From Sulfolobaceae archaeon (GTDB lineage Archaea; Thermoproteota; Thermoprotei_A; Sulfolobales; Sulfolobaceae): a stretch of 64,000 nucleotides of DNA. Shown piece after piece: positions 37,101 to 47,428 of this stretch. The notes below the pieces were generated by a model that was not told the origin of the DNA, ran no database searches, and saw only the letters and a program-made list of their open reading frames with translations. Every line of letters starts with the position of its first letter. Positions within the stretch are counted from its first letter, which is position 1. The stretch covers positions 96,001-160,000 of the forward strand of contig JAWARQ010000005.1 in assembly GCA_038893355.1 (NCBI GenBank), written 5' to 3'. The position numbers and the translations under genes are program-made.

Positions 37101-37880
37101 GGTGAAGGGTATAAGAAGATATTTAGACCAAGAACTTGGGGAGAAGGTGGAGCTCATGAGGCGATTAGACCAACTAGGCCTATTGATTCAAATCAATTAA
37201 GAATCTTAGTCGAGAATGGTGAGTTAGAACTTGCTAGGGAGCTAACGTTTAATCATTATAAAATTTATGATTTAATATTTAGAAGATTCATTACGAGCCA
37301 ACTATCTAAACTTAAAATATATAAAGAAAAAATTGAAATTAATATAATCACTGAAAAAGATAATATCATACAACCAGAACAGAATCCTATTGAAATTCCA
37401 GTTAAAGTTGAAATTGAAGGATTTGAGAATATATTACATGATAAAATATATTTAAATAAAAAACTGTCTGCACCAATTTCTGAATATATTAATAAGCAAT
37501 GTTCAAAATTACCTTGTATTGTTGAAGGTATTATTACCACATCTTTCAAAAGGAGTAAGTATCAATTATATACTCAAGGTGAGCTAATTCAAGAAATGAA
37601 GGTGAGAGGGATAGGAAGACCAAGTACTTATGCTACAATAGTTTCTACATTACTAAAGAGAGGTTATGTAATAGAGACAAAAGCCCTTAAGAAAATGATC
37701 CCAACAGTGTTAGGAATTAATGTATATGAATACCTTACTAAAAATGAGAAATATAGTGAATTAGTTGCTGAAGAAAGAACTAAAAAATTACTCGAATTGA
37801 TGGATGATGTGGAGAAAGGAAAAGAAGATTACTTAAATGTGCTTAAACGATTATATATGGAAATAAGTAAAATAGAGTGA
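34158..37880 (+). CDS. rgy: Reverse gyrase (TopR1-type)
   Basis: N-terminal Zn finger, helicase-like PPGTGKT and DDVD, QASGRTSR, Toprim ESPTKA and DPDVEGE, catalytic ITYHRTD. Confidence 0.97.
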   Translation: MKEYSIPSIVYLSSCPNCGSEISSDRLFKGLACVRCLSEDEKESESILDLIKRLKQNNKLLYLNEFKEIFEKYNEFKEIFEKVIGFPPLSIQKSWAIRAIQGESFSIIDPPGTGKTTFGLVMSLYLSKYSEKSILIFPTKSLVEQAVDKLNQMTKKINYSPKIIYYFSGISESIKEEVNKAIENKDFDILLISSKFAINNKEKLKEINYSFLFVDDVDSVLKSSKSAYSILEIIGYNEEEIRKAKEFLRKSYREDTEGLKDLDEIRREKLKNKIVIFSSSTLTRGNPVISSLVGFRPGSSIIFIRNIIDAYTKLPEDQEEVFEILRKLLRKLGSGGLVFVPIDKGIEYAKEVERKLSDEFSIVTITSTSTSKIEKFKRGEIDLLVGVATHYGILVRGLDIPWRISYAIFLGIPKFKFKIGEIINPLLLIRLLSIISLIVKDEKLNRLLLNLRRKYKKLSPAALANIVRELKEGKIQDELINEGIKVLYEYLTNKEILKKVSQMNYFVITEDNYILTPDYLTYIQASGRTSRLFGGNLTTGLSILLVDDDNLFKILTNRLNLILDEVKWEKLDLENYTIGNYSLDEISKKLKEEREEIKKIRESGEVQSVASKIRTVLLIVESPTKAKTISSFFTKPTIKRIGNVIVYETIAAGKVLLVTASNGHLFDLTTKDIGLYGIEVIHKSPDIIEFIPYYNTIKRCSNGHQFTEETPDNSCPICGSKEISNKRDTIEVLKKLAIEVDEILIGTDPDVEGEKIAWDLYMVLRPFNKNIKRAEFHEVTRRAILEAINNPREISIPLVKSQIVRRVEDRWIGFKLSEKLQTEFWREYCTKISKDAINECKEINRNLSAGRVQTPVLGWVIKRYIDYRSTLSTYYIISLENSGIPFKVIVPKQKGLRKGSKVTIEIKDLQIVTEDITPLPPYTTDTLLQDSSNFYGMSAMETMRIAQDLFELGLITYHRTDSTRISNVGIGVAEQYLRQLLGEGYKKIFRPRTWGEGGAHEAIRPTRPIDSNQLRILVENGELELARELTFNHYKIYDLIFRRFITSQLSKLKIYKEKIEINIITEKDNIIQPEQNPIEIPVKVEIEGFENILHDKIYLNKKLSAPISEYINKQCSKLPCIVEGIITTSFKRSKYQLYTQGELIQEMKVRGIGRPSTYATIVSTLLKRGYVIETKALKKMIPTVLGINVYEYLTKNEKYSELVAEERTKKLLELMDDVEKGKEDYLNVLKRLYMEISKIE

Positions 37881-38746
37881 TAACAGTGCTAATAGCAGTA
37901 TTACATTTACGTTTAAGGGAAATGTCTAAGAAGTATAACCTAGAAAAGGCTAAAAAACTTATAAAACAATCTAGAGAAAGAGGTGCTAAGTTAGTTATAT
38001 TACCATCCTTATTTCCGTTTGGAAATCTTTTAGGAATTTATGATAATGAAAAGAGATTAAGAAGCATTGTAAAAAATCTTGCAGAGAAAATTCCATCAAG
38101 TAGTAGTGATACGATTGTAAATTTAGCTACAGAAGCGGAAGTTCATGTTATATCAGGACCTATATTGGAACAAGCTGGCCCTAAAATATTTTTAACGACT
38201 TTAATAGTTTCACCGCAAGGTGAGATAATAGGAAAATATAGGAAAATTGCTGTTACGGAAAGGGAAATTAGACTTGGAATTGCGTCTGGAAAAGAGCCCG
38301 TAAATATTTTACTCGATAGAAAATATGGTTTAATATCTGAAGAAGATTTATTCTCGCCAGAAATAAATAGATTATTAGCGTTAAGCGGCTCAAATATAAT
38401 AATAAGTACTATGAAACCATTAAGTAGAAAACATGATATTGTAAAATACTTTAGTATAGCTAGGACTATAGAAAATGGCATTCCTTATATAATAGCTGGT
38501 GGGATAATAGAGAATGAGCAAGGAGATATGATAGGTTACTCTCCAACATTAGTTGCAGAACCAGATTCATTAATTTATAAAGAAGCAGAAGATGATGATT
38601 CAATCGTATATGTAGAGAGTAGTGTCTTAACACAATCAAAAAATCAAGATAGAGAGTTACATCAATTATCTACTGTAATATCTGGTTTATGTAAGAATTA
38701 TAAAAAAATAAAGTCTGAGAAAGAAAATCATGAAGAGGCTACATAG
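37877..38746 (+). CDS. Carbon-nitrogen hydrolase (nitrilase) fold protein with incomplete catalytic triad
   Basis: GAKLVILP, G.IIGKYRK and AR.IEN motifs; GTGA overlap with rgy. Confidence 0.8.
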   Translation: MITVLIAVLHLRLREMSKKYNLEKAKKLIKQSRERGAKLVILPSLFPFGNLLGIYDNEKRLRSIVKNLAEKIPSSSSDTIVNLATEAEVHVISGPILEQAGPKIFLTTLIVSPQGEIIGKYRKIAVTEREIRLGIASGKEPVNILLDRKYGLISEEDLFSPEINRLLALSGSNIIISTMKPLSRKHDIVKYFSIARTIENGIPYIIAGGIIENEQGDMIGYSPTLVAEPDSLIYKEAEDDDSIVYVESSVLTQSKNQDRELHQLSTVISGLCKNYKKIKSEKENHEEAT

Positions 38747-39057
38747 AGTGCTACTCTTCTATTTTTAGATACTAATTTAATATTTCCTTGTCTTTCTAAC
38801 TCCTCTAATATCTTTTTAGAAACACTTATTGTAACTCCTAATTTAGTGGATAGGGTATATGGAGTAACTATTTTTTCCTTCTTCAACTCTTCCTCAACTT
38901 TCTTTATAGTCTCTTTATCAACATATACTACATTACTTATTACCTCTTTCCCAGTCTTACTAACTTGCCTTTTAGCTGTTTTCTTCTGTTGTTCTTCAGC
39001 CATTCTTTTTTGTCTTTTCTCCATTGTTGATATTGGTTTCTTAGTCGCACCGCCCAT
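38728..39057 (-). CDS. rps25e: 30S ribosomal protein eS25
   Basis: MGG.KK start, VTPYTL, winged-helix core. Confidence 0.93.
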   Translation of the reverse strand: MGGATKKPISTMEKRQKRMAEEQQKKTAKRQVSKTGKEVISNVVYVDKETIKKVEEELKKEKIVTPYTLSTKLGVTISVSKKILEELERQGNIKLVSKNRRVALYVASS

Positions 39058-39104
39058 TATAACACCTAATAATTCATATATTCCATAATTAGATTTAAAG
39101 ATTA

Positions 39105-39860
39105 ATGAAAAATCTTGCAGTTGAAGACTTGATAAATAAGGTTTCTAGATTTTCTAGCATTCTCGGAATCTCTAGGAGTGAGTTAAAAGTTTATTCACTT
39201 TTACTACTTTATGGAAGGATGACAGCTAAAGAATTGGCTAATAAAATGAATATTTCATACAATAAAATTTATCCTATTTTATTAAAACTAGAAGTTAGAG
39301 GATGGATAAGAAGAATTGGCTCAAAGCCTGCATCTTTTGAAGCAATCGATTTGAGAGAGGTATGGAGTAATATAAAAATACTCATTCAAGAAAAAGTTGA
39401 GCAGTTTGAGAAAGAATTTATAGAGCCTCTAGCATCAATGCTATCTACTTCTTCAACCTTTAACATAATAATTATACCACAAAATAAGCTAATAGATACT
39501 ATAATTCAAATGCTTAATACTTCTTCCTCTAAATATTTAATTGCAATTTCATATAAGGAATTATGCAAAAAAGAAATACTAGATAGTATTAATGCACTAG
39601 GATTAAATAAAGAAGTTAAAATAATTCTTAATAAAGAAGTTTCTTCACAATTTTCTAGCACTAGTATTAAGCCTAGATACATGGATTCTATATTTGGTAG
39701 TGGAATTATAACTGATGATGGAGTACTTCTTATAGTAAAACAGCATAATGATCTTTCTGGAATTTATTCTAATCATAGATATTTAGTAGAAATTGCTAGA
39801 GTTTATTTTGAGTACTTATGGAATAAGTCTTCTCCTTCTATTACAACGAATCAAGACTAA
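39105..39860 (+). CDS. TrmB-family transcriptional regulator
   Basis: G.S..E.KVY..LL, HTH, L.KLE.RGW; C-terminal PLD-like effector domain. Confidence 0.88.
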   Translation: MKNLAVEDLINKVSRFSSILGISRSELKVYSLLLLYGRMTAKELANKMNISYNKIYPILLKLEVRGWIRRIGSKPASFEAIDLREVWSNIKILIQEKVEQFEKEFIEPLASMLSTSSTFNIIIIPQNKLIDTIIQMLNTSSSKYLIAISYKELCKKEILDSINALGLNKEVKIILNKEVSSQFSSTSIKPRYMDSIFGSGIITDDGVLLIVKQHNDLSGIYSNHRYLVEIARVYFEYLWNKSSPSITTNQD

Positions 39861-39926
39861 CAAAGTATTTTTACTAGGCGGATAACTTTATAAGAGATAA
39901 AAGTAACAAGTTTAGTTTCGATTATT

Positions 39927-40082
39927 ATGAAAATAGTAACAGTTAAATTACCAGAAAAGTTACTTGAAGCATTAGATGAATTAGTAGTAACTGGAAAATT
40001 TAGTTCAAGAAGTGAAGTTATAAGAGCAGCATTAAGTGAATTTATTAGTAAGGAACTATGGCTAGAAAAAGTAGAAACATGA
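39927..40082 (+). CDS. Ribbon-helix-helix (CopG/CdrS-like) regulator
   Basis: Below track cutoff; [51 protein letters not shown]. Confidence 0.9.
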   Translation: MKIVTVKLPEKLLEALDELVVTGKFSSRSEVIRAALSEFISKELWLEKVET

Positions 40083-40129
40083 TGAAGGCTGGTATTTCTG
40101 AATTAGGATGAAAGACACCAGAACTGATT
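40077..40129 (+). ncRNA. Box C/D guide sRNA overlapping the RHH stop codon
   Basis: ATGATGA (C), AGGCTGGTATTT, CTGA (D'), AGGATGA (C'), AAGACACCAGAA, CTGA (D), then a T-tract. Confidence 0.9.
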
Positions 40130-40159
40130 TTTTGAATTTAAATTCTATTTTCTATAATA

Positions 40160-40924
40160 ATGTTAAAGGAAGGCGATGTTGTAGTAATTTGGATAGATTA
40201 TAGAAGAGTATATTTAGTAAGACTTAAAAGTGGAAAAATTTTTGGTAGTGATAAAGGCGCAATACCACATGATAAGATAATTGGATTAGAGTATGGTTCA
40301 GAGATAACTTTATCCACTGGAGTTAAAGCCTATATACTTAGACCTAATCCTCTATATGCCTATTATGGGCTTAAAAGACCTTCTCAAGTATTGTATCCTA
40401 AAGATATTTCCTACATTATCTATACATCAAGTATAGGACCAGGTAGTGTAGTGGTCGAAGCTGGTACTGGCTCGGGATTTTTAACAATAGCGCTAGCAAG
40501 TTATGTAGGGGATAGTGGGAAAGTATATACTTATGAGATTAGAAAGGATATGCAAGATATAGCTAAATATAATGTAGAGATTATGGGTTTAAGTAATAGA
40601 GTTGTATTTAAATTGAAAGATATAAAAGAGGGTATCGATGAGATGGATGTAGATGCTGTAATATTAGATCTTCCAGATCCATGGGAAGTAGTAAATAACG
40701 CATTTAAAGTACTAAAGCCCTCTTCTGCTCTTATAGCATTTGTACCCACTGTAAATCAATTAGAAAAAACATATTTAGCATTGCAAAAAAGTGGTTTTAT
40801 AGATATTCATGCAGAGGAATTAATTCTTAGAGAGTATCAAGTTAAAGAAGGAGCTACAAGGCCAAAAAATACACAAGTGGTACACACTGGGTATATAATT
40901 AGGGGCAGAAAACCATTAAAGTAA
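40160..40924 (+). CDS. trmI: tRNA (adenine-57/58-N1)-methyltransferase
   Basis: Q.LYPKD, EAGTGSG, LDLPDPW, HTGY. Confidence 0.95.
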   Translation: MLKEGDVVVIWIDYRRVYLVRLKSGKIFGSDKGAIPHDKIIGLEYGSEITLSTGVKAYILRPNPLYAYYGLKRPSQVLYPKDISYIIYTSSIGPGSVVVEAGTGSGFLTIALASYVGDSGKVYTYEIRKDMQDIAKYNVEIMGLSNRVVFKLKDIKEGIDEMDVDAVILDLPDPWEVVNNAFKVLKPSSALIAFVPTVNQLEKTYLALQKSGFIDIHAEELILREYQVKEGATRPKNTQVVHTGYIIRGRKPLK

Positions 40925-40940
40925 TTCCTATAATACTAAG

Positions 40941-41276
40941 ATGATGAGTGAAGATAAATTTAGCGTTTATTCTAAAAAGGTAATTATATTTGAAGAAGAG
41001 ATAAAAAGGATTAAGAAAGAAGCAGCTGAGGATAGTAAGAGATTAGTAAGCATAGCACAATCGTTTGTAACGGAACTGGAACAAGAGGCAAATAGAACTT
41101 TAGAAGAGATAAAATCTAGCATAAATCAAGAAGTAGAAAGAATTACTCAAGAATTGAGACAAAATTTTGAAAAGGAAAAAGAAAAGAATATTAAACAAAT
41201 TCAAGAAAATGCGAAAAAGAACCTAAATAAGGCTGTTGAATTACTCTTGAATGCACTAGAGGGTGCTTATAAATGA
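40941..41276 (+). CDS. A-type ATP synthase peripheral stalk subunit H (G-like)
   Basis: Charged coiled coil ending AVELLL; coupled to subunit C. Confidence 0.7.
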   Translation: MMSEDKFSVYSKKVIIFEEEIKRIKKEAAEDSKRLVSIAQSFVTELEQEANRTLEEIKSSINQEVERITQELRQNFEKEKEKNIKQIQENAKKNLNKAVELLLNALEGAYK

Positions 41277-42241
41277 GTACTTCAATATACGCATATACTA
41301 CCTCATTAAGTAGAATATTTAAATCACAAATTTCTATAAGTGATATTTTTAATGAATTAATAAATGAAAAGGAATTAAGAAATGTAATAAATATTTTAAA
41401 GAGTAAGGGGTTTATTTCTGAAGAACCAAAAGATTTAAACGACCTAGAATGGGCAATTAGAAAAAAAGGTTTAGAGTTAATATCTAAACTCTTAAATTAC
41501 TCATTATCTTCAAAACTAATAGAAAAATATGCAATGACTTATTTCTATATATTAGCAATAGAAGAGCTTAGATACGTTGTAAATTCTGTATACAATAACT
41601 TAGATATCGATTTTAGGAGGTTTCATATTCTGAATCGATATTTAGATTCACAACCCAGGAGTCTAGAGGAACTTTCAAGCATATTAAAGGGAACAATTTT
41701 TGGTGATGCACTATCTTTTGCACTTTCCAAGGGTTTAAAGGAAATTTCTACTATTCTATCATTATTAGATTATTATTTTATATATAATTTAAATAGAATA
41801 AATCAAGAACTAAAAGGTGATTTTAGAATTTCTGCAGATCAATTAATATGTGGATACAAAGATTATTACACATTATTGCTTGCATTTAAGCATAAAATTC
41901 AGTTAGATTCAGTATGTAAGTTAAGCTCTGATATTGTAAAAGAAGCCTATTCTGCATCGAAAATTAGCGAATTAGTGGATATTTTAAAGAGAAGTTATTA
42001 TTCACAGTATTTAGATTTTTCAGAACCGTATAATACATTAGAATCTATGTATATACTAGCGAGAATAAATGCTAGGAAAAGAGCTCTCGCTATGTTTATG
42101 GGATCGCCGTTTTCACCACTAGCAGCATTTGGAGTTCTAGAGCTAATAAGATTAAACATTGAGGATTTAATAACAATTGTAAATGGCATAAAGCTAGAAA
42201 TGCCAGCTGAAAAGATTAGGAAGTTCTTATCGATAGGATAA
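41273..42241 (+). CDS. atpC: A-type ATP synthase subunit C
   Basis: All-helical ~320-aa protein; L.GT.F, LLDYY and C-terminal EDL.TI.NG pattern of the V/A-ATPase C/d family. Confidence 0.8.
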   Translation: MSTSIYAYTTSLSRIFKSQISISDIFNELINEKELRNVINILKSKGFISEEPKDLNDLEWAIRKKGLELISKLLNYSLSSKLIEKYAMTYFYILAIEELRYVVNSVYNNLDIDFRRFHILNRYLDSQPRSLEELSSILKGTIFGDALSFALSKGLKEISTILSLLDYYFIYNLNRINQELKGDFRISADQLICGYKDYYTLLLAFKHKIQLDSVCKLSSDIVKEAYSASKISELVDILKRSYYSQYLDFSEPYNTLESMYILARINARKRALAMFMGSPFSPLAAFGVLELIRLNIEDLITIVNGIKLEMPAEKIRKFLSIG

Positions 42242-42565
42242 TAATTCTTCAACTAACTTGTTTTCAACTAAATAAACTTCATTATTCTCAACAATTATAG
42301 TTGATTCTGGTATTTTAGGAGGATCAGGCAAGCTTTCTATAGGTTTAGTTTTACCGAGATAAATCCACTTAAGTCTTCCTCCAATTCTTTCTAGTCTGTA
42401 CCAATATTTACCAATATAAATGTATTTCTTATTTTGCTTATACACGGCATGATATGGTTTTAAGTATACACCAGAACCCCTAATACGAGAATTATATTCA
42501 TATACTATCTTCTTAAGCTTATCTAAAATTTCTTCAAACTGTTTTTGAGTTAATTTAATTTGCAT
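42227..42565 (-). CDS. Hypothetical basic protein
   Basis: GVYLKPYH, YIYIGKYWY and WIYLGK; possibly nucleic-acid binding. Confidence 0.7.
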   Translation of the reverse strand: MQIKLTQKQFEEILDKLKKIVYEYNSRIRGSGVYLKPYHAVYKQNKKYIYIGKYWYRLERIGGRLKWIYLGKTKPIESLPDPPKIPESTIIVENNEVYLVENKLVEELLSYR

Positions 42566-42620
42566 TATAGTTGTAACACTTTATAGATTTAAAAACATAA
42601 CCTATTTATGTGATGGTATT

Positions 42621-43604
42621 ATGAAAAATCGAAGATTAGGGAATAAGGATTTATATCTCTCAGAGCTAGGCGTTGGATTATGGAGTATAATAACAGACTG
42701 GTGGGGTGCTGATGTAAATAAGGCTGAAGAAATACTCAGAAAGGCATTCGAGCTGGGAATAAATTTCTACGATACTGCAGATTCTTATGCTGAAGGAAAA
42801 GGAGAAGAAATATTAGGAAAGGTATTTAAAACTAAAAGGGATAAAATTGTTATATTAACCAAAATTGGAATTGATTTCTATCATAGAGAAGGGCCAAGAA
42901 GCAAATTAAATTTTGAAATAGACTATCTAGAGTTTGCATTTAGACAATCGTTAAGGAGATTAGATACTGACTATGTAGATATACTCCTACTACATAATCC
43001 TAAAATGACTAATATAATAGACTCCAAAATTTTTGAGTTTATGAGAAGTTTAAAGAAAGATGGTTATGCCAGATATATAGGGGTGGCCTTGGGTCCTACG
43101 TTAGGATGGGGAGAAGAGGGATTAGAAGCAATAAGGATGGGATATGAAGTTTTAGAGTATATTTACAATTTGATTGAGAGGGAACCAGGTGAAACATTCT
43201 TGAAATATAGTAACATAGGGCATATAGTTAGAGTACCACATGCTAATGATATTTTATACCCCTCTAAATGGGATAAGATTTTTGAGGAAAAATCGCATCA
43301 TAGAAGTTTAAAGGATAATAATTGGTTAAAGTTAGCACTTGATAGTACTAGGGAATTATATGAATTTTGTAAAAGGATGAATATAGATTTAGCACAATTG
43401 GCAATACAATTTATTCTCCATAATAAGAATGTAACCTCTGTAGTACCTAATATAACAAGTATAAAAGAATTAGAGTATTTCGTAAAGTCAGTCGAGAAGG
43501 AAATTATAAATAACGAAATAATAAACTATTTGAATGAATATTATTATAAATATTATAAAGATTTAAATGAAATGAGTATAAAAGAGACTTTAAAATATAA
43601 ATAA
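42621..43604 (+). CDS. Aldo/keto reductase
   Basis: GINFYDTADSY, TK, SLRRL.TDYVD..LLH. Confidence 0.92.
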   Translation: MKNRRLGNKDLYLSELGVGLWSIITDWWGADVNKAEEILRKAFELGINFYDTADSYAEGKGEEILGKVFKTKRDKIVILTKIGIDFYHREGPRSKLNFEIDYLEFAFRQSLRRLDTDYVDILLLHNPKMTNIIDSKIFEFMRSLKKDGYARYIGVALGPTLGWGEEGLEAIRMGYEVLEYIYNLIEREPGETFLKYSNIGHIVRVPHANDILYPSKWDKIFEEKSHHRSLKDNNWLKLALDSTRELYEFCKRMNIDLAQLAIQFILHNKNVTSVVPNITSIKELEYFVKSVEKEIINNEIINYLNEYYYKYYKDLNEMSIKETLKYK

Positions 43605-43612
43605 GAAATCAC

Positions 43613-44173
43613 TTAAGTTAAAAATTCAAAAAGCTTTCTAAAGGCTTTAGCTCTATGGGAAAGTTTATTTTTCTCTTCTATACTCATCTCTCCAAAAGTT
43701 TTATTATAGCCGTTAGGAATAAAAATGGGATCAAAACCAAAACCTCTATCACCCCTTATCTCCCTAGCTATACTTCCTTGCACTTCTCCACTAAATAAAA
43801 CTAAATCTGAACTATTTACAAAAGCAACATAAGTAATGAAGTAAGCGCTTCGATCATCTATATCCTTCATTAATTTCAATATCCCCTCAAGGCCAATTGT
43901 ATTATATACGTAGTTACTATACGGACCTGGAAACCCGTTTAAAGATTTTATAAATAATCCAGTATCTTCTACGACTATTGGGACTCTATAGAGCATATAA
44001 GAGTTAATTGCGGCATATCTAGCAATTTCACTTAGATCTGCTGATTGAATTTCTAACTTAGGTACTTTTAACCACTCAACTTCTATAGAATACTCAGATG
44101 CTAAATTCTTCACTTCCTCAAACTTGTTACGATTCGTTGTTACGAAGTAGACTTTTCTTTCTTTCACTAACAT
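43613..44173 (-). CDS. rdgB: dITP/XTP pyrophosphatase (Ham1/RdgB)
   Basis: T.N.NK, EDTGL, GFPGPY, GFGFDPIF, SHR. Confidence 0.95.
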   Translation of the reverse strand: MLVKERKVYFVTTNRNKFEEVKNLASEYSIEVEWLKVPKLEIQSADLSEIARYAAINSYMLYRVPIVVEDTGLFIKSLNGFPGPYSNYVYNTIGLEGILKLMKDIDDRSAYFITYVAFVNSSDLVLFSGEVQGSIAREIRGDRGFGFDPIFIPNGYNKTFGEMSIEEKNKLSHRAKAFRKLFEFLT

Positions 44174-44798
44174 ATCTTCCCCTTAATCTAATTTCCCTCA
44201 TCTTTTTTAACACTTCATTAACTCTAGGATTTACAGTTTTATATCCCTTAATAAAATTTTCGAAAATATAATCTTTAATTTTGTAATGTACACTTTCTAA
44301 AGATCTCAAAAATACATGAACATCAGTGGCCATATCCTCTATTTTATCACTTCTTTTGGCAAGACCGAAGTCTATCAAAAATAATTCTCCATCTTGAGAA
44401 AGAATTAAGTTATTAGTAGTGAAATCACCGTGCACAATTCCTATAGAATGCAATTTACCCGCAATACTTCCTATCCATTCCCCTAATTTCCCTATATCTA
44501 ACGATGTTGAATCTCTAGTTAAAATCTCTCTTACTACTTCTCCTTCTATATATTCCATTACTATCAAGTAATTATCCTTATCCACATAAAGTATCGCAGG
44601 AACATTAATCCCGTTCTTTAAAGCACTAAACATTAATTTAGCTTCTAAAACTGTCCGTTGAGAATTTATTAACTTATCAAGCTCGTTATTTCTATAGTTC
44701 TTTACTAATCTCTTTTTAAAAATAGAGTGTATGCCTAGAAAATAACCTTCATAAATTATAGCCTCGGCCCCGCGAGCTATTACCCGTTTGATCTCCAT
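44127..44798 (-). CDS. bud32: KEOPS kinase/ATPase Bud32
   Basis: [23 protein letters not shown]. Confidence 0.95.
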   Translation of the reverse strand: MEIKRVIARGAEAIIYEGYFLGIHSIFKKRLVKNYRNNELDKLINSQRTVLEAKLMFSALKNGINVPAILYVDKDNYLIVMEYIEGEVVREILTRDSTSLDIGKLGEWIGSIAGKLHSIGIVHGDFTTNNLILSQDGELFLIDFGLAKRSDKIEDMATDVHVFLRSLESVHYKIKDYIFENFIKGYKTVNPRVNEVLKKMREIRLRGRYVSERKKSLLRNNES

Positions 44799-45781
44799 GG
44801 AATCTCAACTTCATCTATTCGCCATCTCGGTCTTACAATTGAATCCTTTATATCTATAAAGACACCACTTTTTGCTGCGAGTAAACCAGTATATGCTATC
44901 ATAGCACCGTTATCAGTAGCGAATTCCTTAGGAACAATCTTAACGTCTATACTCCATTCTCTACTTAAAGTATCTAACTTTTCCCTTAAGCTAATACTAG
45001 CAGCAACCCCGCCAACTACCATTAATTCTTTTTTCTTTGTTAGAGCTAAAGCCCTTTCTGTAGCTTCAAGAAGCATATCAAACGCTATTTCCCTAACGCT
45101 GTAGCATAAATCCTCCTTCCTCACTTTCCCTATATGCCTTAATGCAGCAGTAAGAAGACCTGCATATGACATATCTTGACCTTTAACTATGTATGGTAAC
45201 TTTATAAGTTGCTTACCTTTTTCTGCACAAATATCTATAACATGAATACCATTTATGATATAAGGTGGAGCTATTCCTATCTCCCTAGAGAATGTATCTA
45301 GCATATTTCCTAACGGCATATCTAATGTCTCACCAAATACCCTAAACTTGCCGTCTATAAAGGTAGTTATTATCGTATTGCCTCCAGAGAGATATAATAT
45401 TAGTGGATCTTTCGCACGAGTGGAGAAATATCCTATCTCAATATGTGCTATTCCATGATTTATTGGAATTAGTTTCTTCTTATATTTTAAAGCCAACGCC
45501 CTGGCTATCGTTGCACCTACTCTTAATGCAGGACCCATTCCAGGTCCAAGGCTGATTGCTATATAGTCTATATCCCTCATCGATAGATTTGCTACATCAA
45601 GAGCCCTTTTTAGAACATCTGAAGCTACAATAGCATGATGCTGGGCTAATTCTGACGGTTTCATTCCACCCTGCTTAGGTACAAAAGTATCCCTTTCATT
45701 AGCTAAAATATATGGCTCCTTATCTTGTACTATTCCTACCCCAAAAGTATGTGCAGTTGATTCTATACCCAAAACTATCAT
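44780..45781 (-). CDS. kae1: tRNA N6-adenosine threonylcarbamoyltransferase Kae1
   Basis: [26 protein letters not shown]. Confidence 0.97.
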   Translation of the reverse strand: MIVLGIESTAHTFGVGIVQDKEPYILANERDTFVPKQGGMKPSELAQHHAIVASDVLKRALDVANLSMRDIDYIAISLGPGMGPALRVGATIARALALKYKKKLIPINHGIAHIEIGYFSTRAKDPLILYLSGGNTIITTFIDGKFRVFGETLDMPLGNMLDTFSREIGIAPPYIINGIHVIDICAEKGKQLIKLPYIVKGQDMSYAGLLTAALRHIGKVRKEDLCYSVREIAFDMLLEATERALALTKKKELMVVGGVAASISLREKLDTLSREWSIDVKIVPKEFATDNGAMIAYTGLLAAKSGVFIDIKDSIVRPRWRIDEVEIPWRSNG

Positions 45782-45975
45782 GATTTACCCTTTATGAATT
45801 CAGTATAATTACACTTACCACAGTGCCATCTTTCAACAGGTTTTAAATGATGAGCCATTACGGCACCACATCTTGGACACTTTTTATTCTTTAATCTTAT
45901 CTTATTGCCCTCTATAATATAGTAAGTTCTTACTATTGCCTTAGGACTTTTGTTCTCCTTTGCCACCTCCTCCAC
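45778..45975 (-). CDS. rps27ae: 30S ribosomal protein eS31 (S27ae)
   Basis: CPRCG..MAHH...RWHCGKC. Confidence 0.95.
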   Translation of the reverse strand: MEEVAKENKSPKAIVRTYYIIEGNKIRLKNKKCPRCGAVMAHHLKPVERWHCGKCNYTEFIKGKS

Positions 45976-46306
45976 CTCCCTTCTTCTGTTTAGTACCTTG
46001 ATCTCTATCTATTAAATATTTTGGCTCAAATTTCATAAGTATCTCTTTACTATTATAAACATGTATCCTTGCATTACTTATACCAGTTCCGTATGTCGTA
46101 AAAATCTTTCTAATTACAATTAAATCTTCTGGCACTGATAAAGCTTTTGCAACTGCAGCCCTAATTTCCTTTCTAGAAGGTGTTCCAATTCCTATATGAA
46201 AAAGCTTTAGAAAAACTTCTTTCCTACCTATTACATTATTTTCAATTAACTTTTCAACTACTCCCTCTACTTTATCACCGATTTTTACTCTAATTTGTTG
46301 TGACAT
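45941..46306 (-). CDS. rps24e: 30S ribosomal protein eS24
   Basis: N.VIGRKE, TPSR, T.YG; adjacent to rps27ae. Confidence 0.93.
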   Translation of the reverse strand: MSQQIRVKIGDKVEGVVEKLIENNVIGRKEVFLKLFHIGIGTPSRKEIRAAVAKALSVPEDLIVIRKIFTTYGTGISNARIHVYNSKEILMKFEPKYLIDRDQGTKQKKGGGGGGKGEQKS

Positions 46307-46332
46307 CAAAAGTCTAACTAAAATAAGAACAT

Positions 46333-47130
46333 TTAAGAATTACGCAGATCTTTTATGATCTCCTCAGCTACTCTCTTACCAGATAGAACCATAGAACCAA
46401 ATATTGGACCCATTCTAGGTAATCCTTTAACTTCTGTAACTGCCATTCCGGTCACATATAAACCTGGTACAATCCTTCCAGTATGTTCTACAACTAATTC
46501 TTCTGCAATTTCTGTATTAGCGGACTTTTCACCCTGAAGTACTATACTTAGTTCTGGTATTTTTCTAGCTGCCACTGAGACTACTTCAGCATCATGACCA
46601 GTTGCATCAACAACGGCCTTTGCTGAAATAAACAAAGGATCAACATGTAAACTCGCCATTTGTGTAGCTGTCCATTCAATAGCTACTCCAACTATCCTTA
46701 ATGGATTATCTCTATATATTACATCATCTACAGTTACGCCATGAATTATCCTTGCACCTGCATTAATTGCAGCACACGCTAATTTTGCCATAAATTCTGC
46801 AGAATCTACTATGAAAATACCTTTTTCTACTTCCTTTAATCTTATCCCAATTTCTCTTAGAATTTCGTCAGCAGGGCTTTCAATTACCAGTTTATGAAAT
46901 AAAGAGGCACCCCCTCCTATACCACCACCAAAGCTTAATCTCCTCTCAAATACTACAGTCTTAAGTCCCTCTTTAGCTAGGTAATAAGCTGCAGTCATTC
47001 CACTAGGTCCTGCACCTACTATAACTACATCTGATTCAACTAAATCGTACCAATCCTCAAATGTTTCCTTTAGTATATAACGCGTTATTTTAGTTTCACT
47101 AACCCTTTTTATTTGAAGAGCTTCTACCAT
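46333..47130 (-). CDS. thi4: Thiazole synthase Thi4, sulfide-dependent (His) type
   Basis: GAGPSG, GGGIGGG, LHVDP (His in place of the suicide Cys), DATGHD, RMGPIFG. Confidence 0.95.
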   Translation of the reverse strand: MVEALQIKRVSETKITRYILKETFEDWYDLVESDVVIVGAGPSGMTAAYYLAKEGLKTVVFERRLSFGGGIGGGASLFHKLVIESPADEILREIGIRLKEVEKGIFIVDSAEFMAKLACAAINAGARIIHGVTVDDVIYRDNPLRIVGVAIEWTATQMASLHVDPLFISAKAVVDATGHDAEVVSVAARKIPELSIVLQGEKSANTEIAEELVVEHTGRIVPGLYVTGMAVTEVKGLPRMGPIFGSMVLSGKRVAEEIIKDLRNS

Positions 47131-47221
47131 TACTATTACCTTTCATTACTAACTTATAAATATACTTATCTATTTCAATGGGTGAAAAAGTATATTACGT
47201 GCGAGTGAGGATATTATATTA

Positions 47222-47428
47222 ATGCCATTTCAATTAGAAACTCAAGCAGTATCACTAAGGTGTGATGTTTGCGGTAGGCTAATAAAAGAAAAGCCGTTAG
47301 TCGTAAAAACTTGCTGCAATAATAAACCATGGACTTTTTGTAGTGATAAATGTTATAGGCAGTGGTTATCAGAATGGCTAAGGAAGCAAGAACAGAAGGC
47401 CGGAATGAGAAGGAAACAGTTATTATAG
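47222..47428 (+). CDS. TRASH/MYM-type metal-binding protein
   Basis: CDVCG...FCSDKC motif. Confidence 0.75.
   Translation: MPFQLETQAVSLRCDVCGRLIKEKPLVVKTCCNNKPWTFCSDKCYRQWLSEWLRKQEQKAGMRRKQLL

Noticed and set aside
40941-42241. ATP synthase H and C genes separated from the main atp operon
   Set aside because: Dispersed A-ATPase genes are known in Crenarchaeota.
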